Shown here in pieces: positions 57,460 to 64,000 of a stretch of DNA of 64,000 bases; positions within the stretch are counted from its first letter, which is position 1; each line of letters opens with the position of its first letter. The DNA is from Candidatus Undinarchaeota archaeon (GTDB lineage Archaea > SpSt-1190 > JASMDC01), in contig CAZFHY010000004.1 of the NCBI GenBank assembly GCA_964519305.1, positions 1 to 64,000 on the forward strand, in the 5' to 3' direction. Under the pieces are notes generated by a model. That model saw nothing but the letters and a program-made list of their open reading frames with translations, was not told the DNA's origin and ran no database searches. A program made the translations under genes and the position numbers.

Positions 57460-59103
57460 TCAGTCACCTAGGCCGGTCGCCTTATAGATAAAGTGACTGG
57501 GCACGCCATTCGAATACCGGACTTGTCCGACCTCGACGAGCCCATGCGCCAGAGGTTCGCAGCCGGGAGGGAGTTGAAATGGCAATCCCGGATCAAGGAA
57601 CGGCTCCATGGGAGCGATTATGAATACATCACGCGCAAGCTCATCCGAGGACGCTTCGAGGAAGGTGCATACGTTCGGCGATGTGACAATATGGTACGGA
57701 GGGGCCTCGAGATGCGGAGCAATGTCGTACTCATAGGCTTGGACGATATTCGATCCTATCATCGTGAAAGGTGCCACATGGACTTTCCCCGCAGGAGCCA
57801 CAACATCCCCCGCGATGCGGAGAGCTCTGCTGTGGCCCACCCTATACCGATATTGTGCGAGCACGTCTTCGGGATAGCGGACGAAATACGCGTCCAGGAA
57901 CACGACCATACTGATAAGTGATACCAACAGGATCACCGGCATGAAGAGCGGATACCGCCTCCCATCTATCTTGGTAAGAAGTGAGGTGATCCCGCGTGCA
58001 GCGGTCAGATGAAGAGCGGGTAGCAACACGAGTAACCGCCCAGCATGATGACCCCCCCATTGTGTGAACGCTGCAGGTAATGGGCCGATGAGGATCCAGA
58101 GCAGGAGAAGACGGTCCCGTCGGCGACGTTCAGTTATCAGCGAGACCAGTCCGGCAAGTATAAAGACCGCCTCCACTATGTGGAGCTGACCTATACCGCG
58201 AGGCGAGTGCCATAAGTTCGGGTCCCCGTTCAAGAACAGGAACCACGGAGAGAAGGAAGAAACATAGTTTGAAGCGATCGCCAGAGGAAGCCCGAGCGGG
58301 CGGGCCCACGCACCGAACGTCCCCTCGAGTCGTTCGGCCATCAATGCAGGTGCATCTGTCTTATGGATGCTCACCTGAGAGAACCGCGTTGTTGTCCGTG
58401 AAAACATCCCGGGAGAATATATCGGGAGCGCAAGGACCACGAGCACAGCGATACCGATCCCCAGATGACGCCTGTCCCGAAGGAGCATTTGGCGGGCGAT
58501 AATCCCAAATCCCAGAAGAAGGAGAGGGACGAAGAGACCAGCAGTAGGGTAGGAGTAGAGCGAAATGCCCATGACCCCGAACCCCGCCACGAGCCTTCGT
58601 GGGCGACCCCGCACCCCCGAAACCAACAGACACACCCCCATAGGTATGAGCGCCGTTAGCGGGATCGGATGGGTAAGAGCCATGCGCCCGAACTGCACAT
58701 CCCACGGCGATAGTGCTGTGAGAGCAGCTGCGAAGAGACCCTCGCGGGAGCCGAAGAGAGTCTGCCCCATACATCCTGCAGCCACGATCGCGATGATACC
58801 GAAGAGCGCGTAAGGTAACCGGGTCTGCATCTCACCGAATCCGAAGAGCATGGTCACCGGCACTGACATGTAGATGTGGAGCGGTGTCCGGTAATCGTCC
58901 AGCGCTCGAAAGAACAGAGGGTACCGCACCCCGTGCTGGTCCATACCGGTCAGGAGTATCGAGTATGCATCGTACCCATTAGAGTATTCATCGATATACA
59001 TCCCCCTTGGAACAGAACCCAACCAGGGAAGACGGAGGGCCGAACCCATGATTACGATGAGGACCAGCCATCTCCAGAAATCACGCGTTTCCATTCGCCC
59101 CAT
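57460..59103 (-). CDS. GT-C membrane glycosyltransferase (ArnT family)
   Basis: LRL..L...P.G...DE...GYDAYSIL.TG.D.HG...P motif; many TMs. Confidence 0.85.
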   Translation of the reverse strand: MGRMETRDFWRWLVLIVIMGSALRLPWLGSVPRGMYIDEYSNGYDAYSILLTGMDQHGVRYPLFFRALDDYRTPLHIYMSVPVTMLFGFGEMQTRLPYALFGIIAIVAAGCMGQTLFGSREGLFAAALTALSPWDVQFGRMALTHPIPLTALIPMGVCLLVSGVRGRPRRLVAGFGVMGISLYSYPTAGLFVPLLLLGFGIIARQMLLRDRRHLGIGIAVLVVLALPIYSPGMFSRTTTRFSQVSIHKTDAPALMAERLEGTFGAWARPLGLPLAIASNYVSSFSPWFLFLNGDPNLWHSPRGIGQLHIVEAVFILAGLVSLITERRRRDRLLLLWILIGPLPAAFTQWGGHHAGRLLVLLPALHLTAARGITSLLTKIDGRRYPLFMPVILLVSLISMVVFLDAYFVRYPEDVLAQYRYRVGHSRALRIAGDVVAPAGKVHVAPFTMIGSNIVQAYEYDIAPHLEAPPYHIVTSPNVCTFLEASSDELARDVFIIAPMEPFLDPGLPFQLPPGCEPLAHGLVEVGQVRYSNGVPSHFIYKATGLGD

Positions 59104-59560
59104 CAACATACACCTTGACACCCATCAGGTCGGGTGTCCGGGAACTGTCCGATTTTGAGGCGATAATCATTAAGAATATGCCCCCTACATCGGAATGGAC
59201 GATTACATGATTCTTACATGTGGACCCTAGGTTCTTTGGATGAAATCATACCATCCGTTCGATTTTCCGGCCTTTATAAATGCCCCTCGCTGTTTATATA
59301 CGCCGGAGCCACCCCGTCGTCCCTCGGGCCACCCATCGAAACATTGATTTTCCCACATAGGTCCAAGGAGGTTCTGTCGGACTTCCCCCGTCACTTTATA
59401 AATGGTGGCCGCGCACCCCCCATCTCACCATACAACCCTCGTTTTTAGGTATGAATCCGCCCCACACACTATAGTGTGACGTGAAAATCCCGTCACCCAC
59501 TATCCGCTCGTCCGAGGACCATTCGAAACCTACTTATACGTTGATGAAGGTGCTGCGACA

Positions 59561-60421
59561 ATGATCGGTATCGTCTCCTCTGTCCACGATACTGCGGGGA
59601 CGAACATCCACGACCGCATCCTTGAAGTTGTGGACCTGGAGCGGACAGGCACTTTCGAAGGGAATCCCGTCCATAGAGGAGAGGGATTCATCCTCGTCAG
59701 AACTGAGCGCGAGCTCCTGAATGCCGACCATCTGGACGAGCACTTCAAAGTCGACAGCTGGATCTTCGCATCCAAGCATAAAGCAAAATCCGGCACACCA
59801 TCCCTCACCACACACTCCCCCGGGAACTGGACACCCGAAGCCCTCTACGGCGGGAGTCCCGAACAGCTCTCGGTCGCCGAACCGCGCCTCATCAAGGCTG
59901 CGCTCCAGACATTGAAAGCGAGGCGTGATGCGACAGGCATCGAATACGAGGTCAGTCTCGAGGTAACCCACCACGGCCCCACGGCCATGGATTCACCCGT
60001 TGTCTTCGTGGAGATTGGTAGCGGCCCCGAGCAATGGTCAGATCCGTCAGCGGCCGACGTGACCGCACGGGCGATCCTCGACACCGTGGCGTTGAAATAC
60101 CCTGATAGTTGGGTCCCCTGTGTCGGTTTCGGGGGCGGCCATTATCCCCCTCGTTTCACAGAGATCATGCTCTCAACCCAATACGCGGTCGGCCACATCA
60201 TGCCGAAATACGTTACAGATAATATCAACCTTGCCCGCATGGTGCAGATCGCAAAGGAGCGTAACGGCCCCACGGAACTGGCCATCATAGACTGGAAAGG
60301 ACTAACGAGCCCCGTTCGAGGTGCTGTGCTCGAGGCCATCGACGGTCTTGGATTGGGATTCATTAAGGCACGGGAGGCGGTGCGCGGTGCTAACGAGCCT
60401 GGGTCTGGCCCCAAGTGCTGA
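59561..60421 (+). CDS. dtdA: D-aminoacyl-tRNA deacylase (archaeal DTD2)
   Basis: FASKH, LTTH.PGN, EVTHHGP, FVEIGS, GFGGGHY, GHIMPKY. Confidence 0.95.
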   Translation: MIGIVSSVHDTAGTNIHDRILEVVDLERTGTFEGNPVHRGEGFILVRTERELLNADHLDEHFKVDSWIFASKHKAKSGTPSLTTHSPGNWTPEALYGGSPEQLSVAEPRLIKAALQTLKARRDATGIEYEVSLEVTHHGPTAMDSPVVFVEIGSGPEQWSDPSAADVTARAILDTVALKYPDSWVPCVGFGGGHYPPRFTEIMLSTQYAVGHIMPKYVTDNINLARMVQIAKERNGPTELAIIDWKGLTSPVRGAVLEAIDGLGLGFIKAREAVRGANEPGSGPKC

Positions 60422-60473
60422 TGGCAAGATCGCCTGGTACCGGTTCACAGGATGCAAATCATATCGGTCAGGC

Positions 60474-61394
60474 ATGTCCCGAAGAGATGAAGTAGCCGCA
60501 TACATGCACGAGGGTGCCACCATCGTATGCTGTGAGCAGGACCTTTCCGACGTGCTGCTGGAATCAACCAGCAGGTCACGTGTAATCGTATGTGATCCAA
60601 ACCAAGTACAGGCGCGGCTAGGTGTAGATCGCCCATCAGACCTCGGCGTTCGACTGGCGCCCGAGAACGATGCTTCTCGTCGTGCGTTCTACTGTGCCTA
60701 CTTGGGCCATCTGGTACTCAATAACGCTGGAACGGAGCGGAACGGTCTATCGGAACCCGCGTTCTCTGTGGCAGACCTGCTCAAGGACCAGGAACGAATA
60801 TCGCATAAGGTCTCACTCTCTTGGGACGGGCGGCCAGTGCAGCGAATCGGTGGTGTTGACCAGGCCTTCACCGAGGGATCGATGATCTCAGCTATAGTAG
60901 TAGTGGACCCCAATAGCATGGAAACAGTGGAAACAGTGACTGCCACGGTACCCATCTCTTTCCCCTATATCCCCGGGCTGCTCTCATATAGAGAGGCGCC
61001 AGGGATCTCCGCCAGTCTACGTGAGCTCGATATGCGACCTGATGTCCTGCTCGTCAATGGCTGCGGGATCAACCATTTCCAGGGCGTCGGGCTGGCATCC
61101 CACGTGGGTGTGACGGAGGACATACCCACCATCGGAGTTACCCGCAGGCTCCTCTGTGGCCGTTTTTCCAGTGAAGGAGAATGCGGCCCATGGCCCATTC
61201 ACTACAAGAGTGGTATCGTAGGGAATGCCGTTGCCTCGCGCAAGGGATCGCGCCCCGTCTTCGTTGCACCAGGGCACCTGATGGACCTGAAACGTTCACT
61301 GGAATTGACCCTCCCGCTGTTCACAGGCTCACGCCTCCCGCTTCCATTAGCAGAAGCGCATCGCGTATGTACGCTCAAAAAGAAATCGCTGTAG
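60474..61394 (+). CDS. nfi: Endonuclease V with N-terminal extension
   Basis: GGVD, FPYIPGLLSYRE, GLASHVG, PTIGV, PVFV.PGH, RLP.PL..AH. Confidence 0.88.
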   Translation: MSRRDEVAAYMHEGATIVCCEQDLSDVLLESTSRSRVIVCDPNQVQARLGVDRPSDLGVRLAPENDASRRAFYCAYLGHLVLNNAGTERNGLSEPAFSVADLLKDQERISHKVSLSWDGRPVQRIGGVDQAFTEGSMISAIVVVDPNSMETVETVTATVPISFPYIPGLLSYREAPGISASLRELDMRPDVLLVNGCGINHFQGVGLASHVGVTEDIPTIGVTRRLLCGRFSSEGECGPWPIHYKSGIVGNAVASRKGSRPVFVAPGHLMDLKRSLELTLPLFTGSRLPLPLAEAHRVCTLKKKSL

Positions 61395-61397
61395 ACT

Positions 61398-61581
61398 ATA
61401 ACTTATCGCTTTTTTTCAGGCCCCCGACCACGCGATATCAGGTAAGAACAACGACCATAAGGTATCGCTGTTTCTAATGATCCGGACCCATCTGACCTGC
61501 TGGTCAAGCCCCCAGCACCCGCAGCACGTTCAGTTCAGGTCGTCCCTTGTGTTATCGCTTTCAATCATAAGTTATCGCTTT
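61398..61581 (+). repeat. Four direct repeats of ATAAGTTATCGCTTT (core TATCGCT)
   Basis: Copies at ~61398, 61457, 61547 and 61567, upstream of TATTATAAA (61598). Confidence 0.65.
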
Positions 61582-61684
61582 CTATTTCGGACCACAGTAT
61601 TATAAACGATCAGCGACCTTGTCTCCATTACCACCCCTTAGGCGGATCATCGCCTCAAATCGAGGTATCCGTCGGGGTATCGAG

Positions 61685-62230
61685 GTGAAAAAAGTGTTCA
61701 AGAGTCTCCTGGGCATCGATCGCGTTATTGACCTTCTCGTTGAGTACAAAGCCGTGCTGGAGGATCTACGCGGCCACAATGAACTGCTCCAGCAGCAACA
61801 GTACAAGCTCCAGCAGCAGCACGTCTCCCTGCACCTGCAGCACGATACAATACTCCAAAATACGGGTGAGCTGGACGCTCTCAGGGAGATTCTTCTCGAA
61901 ATGGAGAAAAAGTCGGAAGATGGTTCCTGTTTAAAGAGTGAACTAGAGAATGCGAAGGATATAGTATTCGGACTCGTTTCTGAGACCGATATGAAGTATC
62001 TTGAGGCCATCAGGAACCTCAAGAACGTAACTGCCAACGATCTCGCCCGCATTCTTGGCGTTAAGCGCGGTACGACCTCTGCAAAGCTCTCCGAGCTATA
62101 TCAGCGCGGTCTCGTCACAAAAGTCCAGCGGGGCAGGGAGGTCTTCTACTCTATCGCTGAAGAAGAAGAAGAGACCGAGGAGCTCGAGATCAAGGAAGAG
62201 GAGAAGCCCAAGAAGCGCAAGCGTAAGTAG
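61685..62230 (+). CDS. Coiled-coil + winged helix-turn-helix DNA-binding protein
   Basis: TANDLARILGVKRGTTSAKLSELYQRGLV...GREVFY; acidic then basic tail. GTG start inferred. Confidence 0.85.
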   Translation: MKKVFKSLLGIDRVIDLLVEYKAVLEDLRGHNELLQQQQYKLQQQHVSLHLQHDTILQNTGELDALREILLEMEKKSEDGSCLKSELENAKDIVFGLVSETDMKYLEAIRNLKNVTANDLARILGVKRGTTSAKLSELYQRGLVTKVQRGREVFYSIAEEEEETEELEIKEEEKPKKRKRK

Positions 62231-62382
62231 GGCAGCACGTCCCCCTCATTTGAGCCTCCAATAACCACGATTTCCGTCCCGTTCCACCTGGAAACGGTGC
62301 ATTATCGACGATTTCTACCTTTCCTTCCAGAATCTCGCTTGTCGACCTACTTGCAGGGTTTTAACGCGCATTTAACTCTGAC

Positions 62383-62460
62383 GTGCTGGTGATGCTGCTG
62401 TTCGCTAGCAGCAGCAGCACATCAGCAGCAGCAGCAGCACCAGCAGCAGGCCTGCAGCAG
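62383..62460. repeat. CTG/CAG trinucleotide-rich inverted repeat
   Basis: GTGCTGGTGATGCTGCTG followed by (CAG)n runs in a long intergenic region. Confidence 0.8.
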
Positions 62461-63212
62461 GTTATTCTGTACCATATTGTTTATTTATTTACCAATATGC
62501 ACTGATAACTAACAATTACTAATCATAATTCACTATGCAACAATAGCAAATTTCTTCGAACCCGCCTGAAAATGAGGATTACACCACTACTACCCGGTAA
62601 AACCCCGTTATTGCGCTGAAAACGCCATAATTAGGGCGAAAATGCGTAATTATAAGCTTTTACACTGATTTATACGGTTATTTACGGCCTAAAGAGACAT
62701 GAGAATGAGGGTTAGTTTACAACTTCCAAGGTACGAATCGTCAGAAAATACGAAAAACCGTAAATATTAAGATTATTATCAAAAATACTAGACATATGCC
62801 GCAATAACTGTCTGAAACCGAGTCCAAGGTGCGGAAAAACAAGGGATATAGCCCAGATCAGATAAGATGACGGCCCGGATGAGGACAGTACAGGCCAGAA
62901 GGGAGCGATCCCGGTCTGAACGTAATCGGATAGGAACGGATTCATGATTATGAGGCAAAAACGCAGGACAGGAGCCGGATTATTAACGATCCGGCGACGT
63001 TAGAAAAAGAGAGTTACAGGACCCCCTCCCGGTGACACAACGTCCACGTCATGCTGTGGTCCAGGGAGAACGCTAGACGTGAGCCCACTCAGCAGAGAGG
63101 GGAGGGCGTACCACGTAGAGAGCACCTTTATATTTCGATAGAGAGATGATGATATAGGGGCCGACGAAGCATCGTTTGAATATAAGGGCACCAACAAAAG
63201 GCAGGATCGACT

Positions 63213-63920
63213 ATGTTCATCTCCACGGTCATCCCAGCATATGACGAGTGTGAGAACCTTGAGGTGCTTACACCACGACTAGTAAAAGCACTCAGAGAGC
63301 TCGATGTCGATCACGAGATAATCTACGTTATCCAGGGGAATGATGGGTCCACGGAGCTCATCGAGAGGATGAAGAACGACATCCCCGAACTGCGGTACAT
63401 CGCACACCCTTCACCCTTAGGCGTGGGAAGAGCGTTCAGGACGGGATTCGCCGAAGTGGACCCGCGGGCAGACTATGTCCTGACAATGGACGCGGACCTC
63501 AACCATCGACCCGAGGAGCTGGAGAGGTTCGTACGTGCGGTGAGGGCAAATGATCCTGACATAGTCGTAGGTTCACGCCGAGCGCTCGGAGGTGTGATCG
63601 TGGATATGCCCCCGTTCAAGCGTATTGTCAGCGACCTGACGACAAAGGCCCTGAACGTAACGCTTGGCAGGAACGCTGTGACCGACATGACCTCAGGGTA
63701 TCGCCTCTATAGACGTTCGGTGCTCGATGAGATATTCCCCTGCACCCGGTCCAAGGATTTCGAGTTCTACCCGGAGATACTCATGCTAGCAATCGAGCAA
63801 GAGCGTACGATCACTGAGGTCCCCATCACCTTCACAATGAGGATCCACGGTCTGAGCAAGCTGAACTGGTATGCTTCGGCAAAGGGATATGCGAGACTCC
63901 TGAGCAAGCGTGTGTTCTAG
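63213..63920 (+). CDS. Polyprenol-phosphate glycosyltransferase (Dpm1-like GT2)
   Basis: VIPAY.E, MDADL.H.P, VVGSR, D.TSGYRLY, EVPI.F..R..G.SK. Confidence 0.9.
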   Translation: MFISTVIPAYDECENLEVLTPRLVKALRELDVDHEIIYVIQGNDGSTELIERMKNDIPELRYIAHPSPLGVGRAFRTGFAEVDPRADYVLTMDADLNHRPEELERFVRAVRANDPDIVVGSRRALGGVIVDMPPFKRIVSDLTTKALNVTLGRNAVTDMTSGYRLYRRSVLDEIFPCTRSKDFEFYPEILMLAIEQERTITEVPITFTMRIHGLSKLNWYASAKGYARLLSKRVF

Positions 63921-64000
63921 ATCGATGTGAGAGCGAGCGATCCCCCCACGCATCAGAAAGAGATAAAAACCCCCGGGCCGTTCTCCCCAGCCATGATGAC

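Noticed and set aside
56717-57921. Plus-strand ORFs of 256 and 142 aa
   Set aside because: Antisense to the dolichol kinase-like and ArnT genes.

Overview
Chromosomal window from an uncultured-type archaeon. It carries archaeal SHMT, a DTD2-type D-aminoacyl-tRNA deacylase, TrmB, a TFB-like protein, a CCA-less tRNA-Thr(UGU), TATA-box promoters, and GQ-type pilin-like and Cys-rich surface proteins of the kind seen in DPANN-like lineages; the lineage is inference. About 48 CDS are supported, mostly housekeeping, salvage and glycosylation genes. The centrepiece is a 15-kb pair of paralogous giant genes (22689-37889, minus strand). Each has a signal peptide, extracellular adhesion-type and repeated domains, a ~110-150-aa Ala/Gly-rich hydrophobic segment, and a C-terminal array of a ~135-aa winged-helix-like repeat (8 copies with Pro-rich linkers in one gene, 2 in the other). 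The larger gene (~3,500 aa) is broken by a deletion/frameshift near 28750. Other notable items are an aspartate kinase-chorismate mutase fusion, an orphan YcaO, an orphan circularly permuted ATP-grasp ligase, three tandem paralogous 2-TM proteins, a truncated TFB with an inverted operator, and a wHTH gene between direct repeats and a 1-kb AT-rich origin-like region. No CRISPR array, rRNA or transposase was seen. All assignments are by eye from motifs; no searches were run.
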